This document shows positions 53,401 to 64,000 of a stretch of 64,000 bases of DNA, piece after piece; position 1 is the first letter of the stretch; each line of letters opens with the position of its first letter. The DNA is from Balanoglossus misakiensis (Eukaryota > Animalia > Hemichordata): NCBI GenBank assembly GCA_040954595.2, contig CM082593.2, positions 5,287,434 through 5,351,433 on the forward strand. Direction: 5' to 3'. The notes under the pieces are model-generated. The model saw only the letters and a list, made by a program, of their open reading frames with translations, was not told the DNA's origin and did no database searches. A program made the position numbers and the translations under genes.

Positions 53401-53844
53401 TCTCTCGCCGTGTTACATACCACAATTATCCCATTGGCACCGGTAAGTTGTAGTGCAGTTCACATGACCATTGATTTTGAAGTATGAAACCGAAAATTAA
53501 TGTCTATTAAACTGATTATATGCCGTTGTGGTCTCTTGCAAAATGAAACGAGCTGAATGTTGTCGTATATCGCTAACAATGTGCCAATTTCATGACCCCG
53601 AGTGACCCAACATCTCGGGTATTTTTCTTACAAAAATAAATAATGGAATCAAATTATAAGACTTGATATATTTTCTTTTGTTTCAGTATTGGTCAATATC
53701 TACAACACCAATGACAAAACCACGGTGGAGACCTATGGTATCGATATCACCATCACAAATGGCGAGGCTAAACTCTACTTGCCTGAGAGTTACATCAACG
53801 CCTACGCAGCTAACGCGCCAGCCCAGCAAGTGAAGGCAAACTAG
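49974..53844 (+). CDS. Secreted alpha-amylase, glycoside hydrolase family 13, GH13_1-like (fungal Taka-amylase/'Dictyo' type); 11 exons, 477 aa
   Basis: Exons 49974-50069, 50208-50325, 50669-50843, 51230-51338, 51694-51831, 51963-52166, 52453-52584, 52730-52840, 53007-53117, 53361-53442, 53687-53844. All introns are GT-AG and phase-compatible; the total is 1434 nt. Signal peptide MKVLVALGLFALFTTASC. Motifs: WKDRVIYQILTDRFA, MGFNAIWISP, YHGY, region I DVVANH, LPDL, region II GLRIDTVSH (nucleophile D), region III GEVY (acid/base E), region IV FADNHD, GIPIVYYGTEQ, DPANRE. Confidence 0.95.
50208..50325 (+). CDS. alpha-amylase exon 2
   Basis: tcag|ILTDRFA...YCNGNFQGVVEQLDYIA-G|gtgag. Confidence 0.92.
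50353..50447. repeat. (ACAG)n/(GCAG)n microsatellite in amylase intron 2
   Basis: Compound tetranucleotide run read directly. Confidence 0.95.
50669..50843 (+). CDS. alpha-amylase exon 3
   Basis: atag|MGFNAIWISP...YHGY...AHARDIWIMVD-GT|gtaagt. Confidence 0.92.
50898..51148 (+). mobile_element. ~250-bp interspersed repeat, copy 2, inside amylase intron 3
   Basis: Near-identical to 45143-45393, same orientation. Confidence 0.8.
51230..51338 (+). CDS. alpha-amylase exon 4
   Basis: acag|G-VANHMG...PFN...HYHEYCDITDWNDSWQ|gtaaga. Confidence 0.92.
51694..51831 (+). CDS. alpha-amylase exon 5 (catalytic nucleophile)
   Basis: gcag|VENCWLFGLPDL...DIDGLRIDTVSH|gtaagt. Confidence 0.93.
51963..52166 (+). 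CDS. alpha-amylase exon 6 (catalytic Glu)
   Basis: caag|VPKWFWENF...GEVY...LNYPFY...YHEM|gtgaga; the acceptor is a weaker AAG. Confidence 0.88.
52453..52584 (+). CDS. alpha-amylase exon 7 (region IV)
   Basis: tcag|KAMFG...GSFADNHDQARFL...VLTME|gtaaat. Confidence 0.92.
52730..52840 (+). CDS. alpha-amylase exon 8
   Basis: atag|GIPIVYYGTEQGYSGCADPANRESLYPNYDTNHHLYW|gtaagt. Confidence 0.93.
53007..53117 (+). CDS. alpha-amylase exon 9
   Basis: ccag|FTATTNYWR...QIERWIDDDFYSYTRHD|gtaagt. Confidence 0.88.
53361..53442 (+). CDS. alpha-amylase exon 10
   Basis: ttag|AMMCATKVG...RVTYHNYPIGT-G|gtaagt. Confidence 0.85.
53687..53844 (+). CDS. alpha-amylase exon 11 (C-terminal domain, stop)
   Basis: tcag|TA-LVNIYNTND...ITITNGEAKLYLP...VKAN*; TAG at 53842-53844. 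Confidence 0.87.
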
Positions 53845-53960
53845 AGTGGTATTAACAAAACGGCCAATCAACCCTAGCTTACATGCATGCATGCATGCAT
53901 GCATTGATTGTGTGTGAAACTTGATTTGAAATAATTTGAGTACAAAAAAATGTAATTTAT

Positions 53961-53966
53961 AATAAA
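53961..53966 (+). terminator. Candidate polyadenylation signal of the amylase gene
   Basis: AATAAA ~117 nt after the stop codon; a second copy at 54022. Confidence 0.5.
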
Positions 53967-54027
53967 CTAATCCGTCAAACTGGTCCGATGTGTCATTGTC
54001 ATTTAAGGCGGCTCCTTGGTTAATAAA

Positions 54028-54060
54028 ATGATGATGATGATGATGATGATGATGATAATA

Positions 54061-54142
<82 letters not shown>

Positions 54143-54203
54143 CGATGATGACGATGATGACGATGACGACGATGACGACGACGACAATGATGATGATGAT
54201 GAT
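54028..54203. repeat. Long (ATG)n/(ACG)n trinucleotide microsatellite
   Basis: ~176 bp of ATG repeats with ACG/ATA interruptions. Confidence 0.97.
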
Positions 54204-55711
54204 CCCCGCTGGACGTTAGAAAACATACGTGACCAGACACACTGTTTTGTACATGAAAATTTAATTTTAAAATTCCTTGTAAAAGAACCAAATCGTTGAA
54301 TTGACAGAGACTTATACCCTAAAAATCATATACAAACATTGCTCTCGATGATAAAATTTCCATCGTTTCACATATTGCTTAGCAACGGCTAATGTAAATA
54401 GAAACTGGAATATCAGAAATTCGCGATACAAAACATATCAATCGAAGGCACGGATATGCAACTCGAGCACGACTGATAAAAAACACATATTTATAAAATA
54501 TGTGGTTTTTAACAGTGTTTAAAAAGTGCAATTTTAAACCTTGTTAACAAAGCAGGCGTAATCACTGAACAAAATTTGCATCTGAAACTTCACAATCTCT
54601 CAATAATATATGCATCACGTTTAAATATGCAAGGTCGCACTGTAGTGATCGCTTTTTCTTAGTAGTACGTGTCTGGAATACAATGCAGAAGTCCAGATCT
54701 ATATCATGGCACCAAAATGCCAGCAGTATAAACCAATATAATGGTAGCCTCTTCAAAACTCCACTTTTGAGCTGTCACCTTGACTTAACGTTTCCCCATG
54801 AAACAAACATAATACAAACAATATTTTCCGATTAAATCCACCAAATTTAGACCAAGTGTAGTTTGTACTGTGTTAGTTATTGTGAGAACAAACGTGCGAC
54901 TCCGTAGAAAATATTTACACGAGTGTATCCATACTTGGAATCGGCGTGTTAATGCGAATATCTTGCGGGTGTATTTACCTCGCATATGATAGTCTGGTTT
55001 CCTTTTCCATGTCTATCGCTGGCTGCGCTGTCACGGTGTTTCCGGTCTGCGTTGCTTCCATGCGAGCTGAACCAAGGGCCTGGGCTGATTGTACATGCAG
55101 GCACACCGATAAACAATTACTCCGTTTGGGTCTGTAGCGAGTAAAACTTGAAAGTCTCAACCGTCCACGAATTCTGGGAACTTGGAATACGCTGACGGCA
55201 AAATCTTCGCAGATCAGATCGCGTGGTGTATACGTGTCATAAACTGGTTCCAACTGCCGCTAGCTGCGTGCGCTGTGCCAATAAACGCCGCCAAGTGGCA
55301 GAAGATCGGGGAACCTTCGATCGTTCAAACAGCGTCGTCAGCGGCAGAAAGTGAACAGGTAACCCTGACTGACAGTATCTCTCTCCAGCAGAGTACGCCG
55401 TCAGCGGTCAGAGTTGATTCCTGGCCAGTTGGATCGAATACTACTCCAATGGCCGCGACAAACACATCAAACACACTATTGAATCATGGACGTCTTCCGT
55501 TTTCCCAACTCATGCTTGCTTAGGCTGTATACAGATTGATCTCTTCTGGCATATTACCTCACAATACTTTAGTTAAAATGTGGAATAAAAATTCTTCACG
55601 TAGGAAAATGCAAACAATTGTTGTTGTTGTTTTTATCAGTAATAAATTATCACAAATATAAGAAACCAAGCACCAGCCTTGATAACGAAAGATGGAGCTT
55701 CGGACCATCCG

Positions 55712-55904
55712 TCAAAGTCTCGTCACCTGGGCCTCTGCGTCATCGGCGCCCTCATCGTCCACATTTTCACCGAGGTAGAGGGCCAGCGGTTGTTCACGGG
55801 ACTGCGCGCGCAGCAGAGGATTCTGACTGGAGTGCGCAAGGTCGTTATTACAGCAACAGTGGCAGTGTTGATGGTGAGGAAGGTTGTGACGCCTATAAAT
55901 ATAC
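55712..55904 (-). CDS. Putative terminal coding exon (cytoplasmic tail) of a minus-strand membrane-protein gene
   Basis: Strong acceptor tttctctctctttttgctgcgtctag| at 55905. The phase-2 frame reads YIYRRHNLPHHQHCHCCCNNDLAHSSQNPLLRAQSREQPLALYLGENVDDEGADDAEAQVTRL*. GC-rich relative to its flanks. Confidence 0.45.
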
Positions 55905-57106
55905 CTAGACGCAGCAAAAAGAGAGAGAAATAATGTGATTAGTTCGCATTAGCGGTAATATGATCACACCTGAGCATTAAACAAAATCCCTTCAACAATG
56001 GCCAGCCACGTCGAAACAACAATTCCACTTTTTTTTTCTTTTGCAAGCCGACACTTAGGTGTAATAATACACAGCACGTTTTGAAAACCCTGTAACAAGC
56101 TTAAAGGTTGCGATGACATTTTATCGGATATGAAAACAAGCCGCAGCCAATAGACATAGCGTAATTGGTTTTCAAATTACTATGTGAATTTTGTCGTAGG
56201 TGTTCCAGACGATTTCATGAAAAAAACGTACAAAAATTGAAGCTATATTTAACGTAATGTAGATCCTTGGCTTTTGCATGACATTGCTTGCTTTTCCTAC
56301 GCGCTCGCGTGAAACGTGACACAGTGAGTATTAATATATATAGTCATTCTACAGAAACTATCCCTCCGGTCAGTTTGGACGCAATTCGTCTTATCTTTCA
56401 ATATGGCGCCAGCGTTTTAACATGATGCTTGCTGTACAGAATTATGAACTCCTTTTGGTAAAACGTCAATATCTGAACCATAAGTCTTTACCTATATTAC
56501 ACTAGTGACTTCAGATTCGCACAGACAGGGTTGATTAAGACGTTTCAAAAATACGTTTTCGTCTTTACCCCCCCCCCCCCCCATTGGACAGTCATTTTTA
56601 CGGGTTACCAACAAGAAATCAATACATTTCAGCTCGTATTACGCGCGTTAGCGTGACATAAAATAACTTAACCCATGCTTATTTTTAGGAATTTTGCATT
56701 CCATAGCACGTTTTGCTATTAGTCAGAAACGCGTCTGACTCAATACTTTTGTGCAAGAAGCCAACGCATTATATTAAGTGAGAATGCCCGTTTTTTTCAT
56801 AAAGTATAGTATGTTGAAATGATGACATGTTAGGATAACCCGGTACTCTTTCATGCTGGTCCCCCGCTTTCATCTCCGCGCTTCTGCCCGAAAACAAAGG
56901 TCACGGATGCCTCCAAGCTTGTACTTACGCCCGCTCCAAGATCGAGCTAATCTACTCTACGGATCGGCCCCAAAATGAGTACAAAATCTAGGACGGCACA
57001 TGCCGACAAAACCCATGTTGGTTACACTCTGCCGGAGAGATATAGTGTGGTATTAATTATCGTATCGGTTCGTTGTTCAGTTTTCGGCGTCTTAGAAAAT
57101 ATCACG

Positions 57107-57159
57107 GAATACGACTCTGGAAAATGGAAAATATCATCGAATACGACTCTGGAAAATGG
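57107..57159. repeat. 21-bp direct repeat x2
   Basis: GAATACGACTCTGGAAAATGG at 57107 and 57139. Confidence 0.75.
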
Positions 57160-58016
57160 CCGAGCCTATCAGTGCATCAGAACATTTCATTCTCTGTGGG
57201 TAGCAAAGAAACTCGGGAACAAACCTCCAGAGAAAACTATTTCTTCCGCATCCGTGCAGTCAAGGCTTTGAATAATGAACTTAAATTCGGGTATTTTCAA
57301 CCCATTTTCCAGAACAGCGACAAATGACTCTGAAGTTAACGCGGCAACCATTTAGTGTAATTCCACTATTGGTAATCTGAAAGTACACAGACCCATTACA
57401 CGCGGAAGGGTGTCATTTTCGCGCATCTGTCGTTTAAATTGCACCAATTTTACATGATGGCACATTATTGATTTGGAAGCATAAGAGTGCGAAAGTGGCC
57501 TTGTGTAAAGAATCATCGTAAAGAAAGATCCTCATTATTGAGGCGCGGAGAACTCTGAGATGAGTTTCATGGGCTCGCGGGAATTTTGAACAAGATCACG
57601 TTGCACCGGCACGCACGAGAAATGCCGCACTAGCTCGTCTTTTGTATAAAATAAACAGGCTCTAAGCAAAGAAGCCATTTCGTGGATAAGAGGACGAAGC
57701 AATAAGCTTCGTTTTAGGGAGGATAAGCTTCGTTTATCCGTGCCAACAAGGCAACCATCACTCAAGAAGTGATTTCAGGCAACAGACGTAGGGAGCGAGA
57801 GGTCGACCTCGGGAAACAACTCATGTACACATACAAGGCGCCTCGCTTTCCTTTTGAAGTAAACCTAACCGTTATTTGTGATTCTAAGTATCATAAATTA
57901 CGTGTTTTCCGGTGCCGATAAGTTCGTAAGCCTTCGTGGCGGTTCCGAAACAACAACCCCCTTAAAATCGAAGCGGTCTAAAATAAGACGTGAATTGTAC
58001 CAATAGCCTTGATTGG

Positions 58017-58068
58017 GTATTAGTCACCCCATTCCCGTAAAAGTAACGGTATTAGTCACCCCATTCCC
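58017..58068. repeat. ~21-bp direct repeat x2
   Basis: GGTATTAGTCACCCCATTCCC at ~58017 and ~58048. Confidence 0.75.
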
Positions 58069-60157
58069 AGGGTACCAGCTAAGGGAGCAGCCACGCTCGC
58101 TGCCGCTGCTGTCTGGAGTAAATTCGGACCACCTAAGCTCACGAGTTTGAACACATCACTATTGGAATTTTATTGGAGCCGAATTCGTGTCCATTTCATG
58201 CATACATTCATACATACACATTATGTATGCACGTACATACATGTACATGTACACCCAACTCACATACAACTGAAACACATTCTTCAGAGCAATTGCTAAA
58301 GTTAACTGTACTTCTCTCTCAAACGCAATATCTCCAGACGCCGCACAAATTGCCTACACCCCGAGGCTATACCATTCATGGGAAGGGGGGTATGCACGCA
58401 AATAGAAGTACATGTACACTATCATCGGTTAAACACCAGTCGGCTTCTCTTTCATCAATGTTGTCGTGTGAGATATAAACTCAAGAGCTCAGAAGCTAGA
58501 AATAATCAAATTACTCGTGGGGGAGAATGTAGGTACTTTACTGCCACAGCAAACACTACCGATGGTTTCCACACTATTTCTGGGACAATCTATACACAGT
58601 TAACTTAAGTCGGGAAAGCACCGGACTATACGCCGCTGGAAGAACGCTAACGAGATTATCGTCTTAATGCGGTTTACGAAATTGGACGTTCACATTGTTA
58701 ATCAAATCTAGAACTAAAACATTACATCCACGGGTAATTTCACGCCGCAATGTATTTTTTTTCCTTTCACGCAGACGCAATTCTTAAAATGTATCATTTG
58801 AAATTTCCCAAAATGCACTAATGCTATTGTCTGTAAGGATCTACAGCAACCAATCAATTTTATTGAAACTGTTTGAGTTTGGTTTTCAATTAAGGTGTGG
58901 CTCAGAACGGATTGTGTTTGTTGTGCTTACAAAAAAACACTACCATCAGCTTCACGATGTGAAATCCATCGGTGGATACTTATTTGGTTCTGTCTCTGTA
59001 CTTTTTAAAGGGAGAAAACATCGCTACACGCAAGGACGTTGCACCATCGTACAGCGTCTACTGCATAATCAGGTGCTCCAACTATCGGCGCGCATCGCGT
59101 TTCACGAACGCAGAAGTGTCTGCGAACCGGTTTATCAGATAATGAAAACTTTATGTTGTATTAAGGCGGCGGCTCTTTTCTCACACAACTTAGCAACCCT
59201 ACTCCAAACTTGATGCGTCGAACGAAGATGCAGTACTAAAGTATAAAGCGGCATGTTTCCTATATACCTTGGAACCCCTTCTGAGAGCTTGATACGCTGA
59301 ATGGAGGCGACTGTTAAGTACCCTAGTTAATTCGAACATGAAACGTATACGTTCTTCCAGCTGACGTGATGTTTGGAGGGTCACGTACTAAAGCGGCCTC
59401 ACAACACGTCTACTATCGGCATGTTTCCATAGCAACATATATACCATGTCCACTTAAGCGTTTACGTATTATCAAATGCACATGTCTTACGATACCCACT
59501 ACAAACATTTAATGAAGAGCGTCTGTCCCATGAAAACGCTGGGTGATGTATATTGGCAATAAGTCATATACACAGCTCACATAAAGTTACTTCCAGTGCA
59601 ATGCTATGGGTTTCGGACTGGGTCTTATGATTACAGGTATTCGTGATATTTGCACGACGGTTTCCATTAGCAGAACTACCTGCCACAAATGAAAGGGTCG
59701 CTCCATTCTGAATATCACGCAGAGGTATTTTGATTATCATTCGCCGACAATGAGGCGACCCTGTCTCCGAAATGTGTCTGTATTTTCTTCAGACGTTTTA
59801 ATTTTTTGCGTCGCTCCGGATTCCTAACACAGCACACTTCCCTGTCAGCGTGTTCTACACCGCTCCACGCTTTCAGTGATCTGTTAGGTCATCTTGAAAG
59901 TAACGCGACAGTGGTAATGCAACATATGCACAGTGTCGTGAAATCCACGCGTCTCTGACGGCCTTTTGGAGTTGAAGGGGTATTATTGGTGATTTTGATG
60001 AAAGTTTTTCTCCGTGTGCCACTTGCTGCAAACGGCTTGTGATTTTGATCAAATCTGTACAGGCAAGGTATTACTATTACAATAATGGAAGGTGCTTCTT
60101 GCAGAGTGGCTGAGTACGCTCAGTTGGTCTGACATTTCGTTGCATATCGAATATTTA

Positions 60158-60481
60158 AGCAATAAAACACCCCCAGCCATGGTATACCACGAGATTTTGA
60201 CCAGTTCACGACATATACGCACGAGCGGTAGCGAGTGAGTATATGGAGTTGAACTGGTCAAAATCGAGTGGTATACCATGGCTGGGGGTGTTTTATTGCT
60301 ATTATATTATACCAGTATATTGAAACTTTGCATAAAACATTTTAAAAAGGCATTTTCTTTGACTATGAGTTTTGCGTGCATTATGACTGTGGTATATGGC
60401 GAATATATCACAGTCACGTGTCGTGTCTCGACCAATCAAATAGCGTGATTTACACCATCAATATACTGGTATAATATAATA
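60158..60481. mobile_element. Non-autonomous DNA element built from tandem/nested palindromes (MITE-like)
   Basis: Palindrome 1 spans 60158-60300 (arms ~65 bp: AGCAATAAAACACCCCCAGCCATGGTATACCAC... / ...GTGGTATACCATGGCTGGGGGTGTTTTATTGCT). A perfect 24-bp inverted repeat at 60300-60323 / 60458-60481 encloses an internal hairpin at 60384-60416. Confidence 0.8.
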
Positions 60482-62439
60482 TTTTAATATTTGTCATTTC
60501 TTTCAATATTTTGCAGCATGCCGATATGGTAAAATATCAAAGGTATATAATAATTCAGCATCACTAGAAATTCGCTATTCGCTGCCTCTAAGCTTAAATG
60601 CATTTTGGTAATTATAGTGGTGATAATACTGATAACTACGGCGGGTGGTCGAGCTCTTTTATAAATAACTACTGTTTAATTGAACACTTTAATTCTAGAA
60701 TTATTGAACATAGCAAGCGAGCAACCCATTTTACACGTTCTTGGGATTTTCATCAATTGAGGCAATCAAAACGAATTATGTAAAACATTTTGCACACATT
60801 GTGTGAAAATATATCATTTCTACGGCGGTGTTAGCTTTTGCATAACGTACGGGTAAACAGTCAAATCGAAACGATAACCATTCGTCACCTGAAAGCTATA
60901 GGACGCTGCGTTCTCCCCTAGGGGCTTATTTGCAAATGGATAACACAGCTTGTAGATCACGTGGGAAACCATGAAAAATTAGCGTTAACATCGATCTGAA
61001 CCAAAAGATGTATATTGCAATCAAAAGCGTTGTATAGTCAAACACCGGGGCCATTGTTACAGTAAATCGTGTCTGAAATTAAAATTGACTGGTCCCCGGT
61101 GCAGAGACACAGGTCGCTCCGATGTTCGCGAATTGGACTAGTGACACATACTAGTAAGCCAGGGTATGAAACCAGATGGATGGTTTTAAAGGGTGGGTCT
61201 CGTCCCGTCTGCGGCTGCGTGTAAGGGTCCCACACGACACAGCCGCCAGCAAGTCAAAACAGGCGCAAAGTGTAACTGCTACAATGTACATCATGACAAA
61301 CAATGCGTCGTTACTTTTTATCACATTCTAAGTTAATTTGACAAAAAAATGTATCAATTGGCAAGGTCTCCCTGAACAGTTGGAACAATACCGATGGTGT
61401 GTTTATAAACGGAAATACCGCACATGTGCAGTTCAGACGCCCCCACCCCTTTAAACGAACTCACAATTTGTTCAGCATGTAAACTTTCGGCTTCAACAAA
61501 TATGTATGAATCTCCTTTTCTTGCATCTGTGCGTGACTAAAGCGTTTATAAAAGGCGACCCAGTTTCTTCTTAGACCAGTGTGCTTTGTAAGTCCATTGC
61601 ACACAATACATTTTATAACCAGATTTTATGAACATACGGCTGATATATGTTTTAATAAAAAAAGGCAGACACAGACGATCGCGAGCGTCCAACCGAACGG
61701 TTTGAACACCGGAGACAACATGCACGCGACCGCCCTTTATGCGACATATATCACGCTGATCGTTTGTGTGATTAATAGACCTCAACTCCAACGGCCGTAT
61801 TTCATGGGAATCGGGATTTGTCAATCCTGTATATCTTTGCGTCCATCCAATGCATTGTAATTCAGGCTAAGTCCTTCCCTTGTACAAATTTACAGTCGAT
61901 AAATTTATTGATGTACAACATCCACGCTTTATGCAAACTCAGATAAATGGTGTTTTAGAGGCTACTTGAGGGGGATTCCTCCATTGTGACTGACCTATTC
62001 TGAGCGTTTTGATATTTGCCTTGTATTGGTTTAAATGAAATCCAATACGAAAATTTGCGTTAGAGCTAAGCATTTATACTAAACATACCTAAAACTAAAA
62101 TTTAACACCGCAGTTAGAATTACTGGGCGATATTTTTAACTGCACACATGCGGACGAGAATCTAATCTACATTCATAATGTACAACAGATTAAAAGATTC
62201 TCAGAACGCGCCTTCCCTGAAGCATGATAATGTGTTAATGATGTAACAACAAAACACTCCACAAAGTACTCCTAGCAACTATGGAGCCGACGTGGCTGTT
62301 CGAAGGTTTAAATATTAAAATAGAAACCTGAAAATGCTTTCTAAGCTCATGTGAAGTCCTTTAATATTAACACTGTCGAACAAAGTAACGTCTTCTCTAA
62401 GATGTAAGCTTATCTCAGTATATGGAGTATCGATTATTT

Positions 62440-62835
62440 TAATTATTTATTTATTTATCTAGTTTAGCTCTGTATTGGACTATACAAGGACGCGACTCAA
62501 TCCACAGAGGGTTACACCGAAGACACATAAAGTGTTAAAATATAATATTCACGAATAACATACTTGCAGGGCAATGGTTAACGACGGCCCTAAGCTTGCT
62601 TGGATTTTAATGTCAACCTTCCAATCGGCATATGAAGGAAATGGTGACATTATAGACAACATCTGTTCTGGCAGATATGATGCGATTATTTTGCCCAAAA
62701 ACCTCAGTACCAAAATTACTGTACCTAATTTGAAGATACTTGCAACAGATATTGCTCTCACAGAGGTATGGCTGCGTTTGGAGATACGATTTATCGGTAC
62801 CGTGTTAATCAAATAACTGGGACGCAAATTTTAAT
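62440..62835 (-). mobile_element. Possible degenerate 3' end of a CR1/L2-type LINE
   Basis: Minus-strand frame NLRPSYL...LRFLGKIIASYLP loosely resembles the C-terminus of CR1/L2 ORF2 and is followed by a (TAAA)n tail at 62441-62460. Weak, judged by eye. Confidence 0.3.
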
Positions 62836-63011
62836 ATCCCTAGCTTAGTTATTAATTATTAAATGACTGATAGTGATGTAAAGATGAAAATGTGAATTAT
62901 GGGTATTTTTTTCTCCTGGGTGATCCTGTATGAAGCACGCGATGCATTATGGAACCTGTAAAAGAATTATTTAAACTTTCTAAAGCCCTGCGTGTGAGAT
63001 TCATTATTTAC

Positions 63012-63306
63012 CTCATTTCTTTCATGATGTCAGCCGTACTTTCTGATGCTCCTGCGACGGTGTGGACCCCTTCGTTCCCCGGTCGCGAGGACCTCGGTGG
63101 ATCGGGACCAGATCTACTCCCTCGTTGCAATTCCACATTCTCTGAATGCGTACAACAGCGGTGAAGCAATTTTCCGACAACCGCAGCGAGGGCGATGAAA
63201 ACGAGTATTGGCATGAGGATGTTTATCGAGTCCGGCCCTTTATCTACGGTGAGCTTTGAACGTGGGTATCCACTGAGGCCATGCCTTCTATTTCCCCTGG
63301 TTTCGC
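63012..63306 (-). CDS. Putative internal exon encoding the transmembrane helix of a single-pass membrane protein
   Basis: Acceptor ttctctttctctgttctttgtag| (phase 1), donor AG|GTAAAT (phase 2). The open frame is ETRGNRRHG...DSINILMPILVFIALAAVVGKLLHRCCTH...DIMKEM, with a ~21-aa hydrophobic stretch followed by basic and Cys residues. Confidence 0.55.
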
Positions 63307-64000
63307 CTACAAAGAACAGAGAAAGAGAACTTCTATGAAAACTTGAAATAAAGCAAGTACATGTGTCATATGTCATTATCACCAGTGAAGAAACATCTGT
63401 CGTTTTCAGGCCCACAACACACATACCACGGCACACTCACACATACACACAGAGCGGTCACGTAAGTACCGAGCAAGGTACATTTTGTAATTAAACGCCA
63501 TGGGGTTTCATATGTTTCGCTAAAATGTAATTCATCAAGACACACTAGCATACCAGTAATTTTCCTAGCAAATAGCAACCAATTTACATGCGCACAATAT
63601 ACAGCAGAAATGGAAGTGCATTACGCCGCTGGACCAATTACTCCAAATGATGTTCCCGTCGTTTGTTTGCTAAAGTTGGACTGAAATTGGCGTTTTTTTA
63701 GAACCCTTTGGTTGTATAACAAACTTATTTAATGCAACGCCATGCGTCTGAGTGTTATTCAAAGCAGATCAGATTATTGGGATAAAGTACCTCAATCGCA
63801 TCCTGACTTCATTTTACGTTATTTGTGAAGAAACGGGATTTTTGAATATTGCCAACGAAAGTCATTGTTGGGAAATAATGTCGAAATGTTTACCAATTGC
63901 ACGTTAACTCTTTCATTAGAAAAGGCACTTGTACTATTTCATATAAACCTGCTGGGGCGCGCAAGCTGCGATGGTTATTTTGCATAATTGATTAATTCGG

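Noticed and set aside
53683-54291. 202-aa poly-His ORF, plus the poly-Met and poly-Ser ORFs
   Set aside because: Artefacts of the (ATG)n microsatellite and the antisense of amylase exon 11.
54975-55523. GC-rich ORFs 54975-55253(-) and 55182-55523(+)
   Set aside because: No homology cue and no coherent splice partners; may be UTR of the minus-strand gene.

Overview
Eukaryotic DNA, probably from an invertebrate animal (inferred from spliceosomal introns, a class A GPCR and a GH13_1-type amylase). Bases 1-30256 are a very homogeneous tandem satellite of about 340 copies of an 88-bp monomer. The array switches strand abruptly at 18141/18142 and carries several higher-order duplications. Every consensus monomer contains a perfect three-pentamer heat-shock element (nGAAn-nTTCn-nGAAn). 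The unique half holds three genes. (1) The first coding exon (N-terminus to TM3) of a neuropeptide-type GPCR on the minus strand; its remaining exons are not visible before the satellite, so the array may lie inside its intron. (2) A complete 11-exon, 477-aa secreted fungal/'Dictyo'-type (GH13_1-like) alpha-amylase at 49974-53844 (+), assembled by hand. (3) Two phase-compatible minus-strand exons of a probable single-pass membrane protein ending in a PDZ-binding-like motif. There is also a nested-palindrome non-autonomous element, a duplicated ~250-bp interspersed repeat and several microsatellites. Most short ORFs in the supplied track are spurious.
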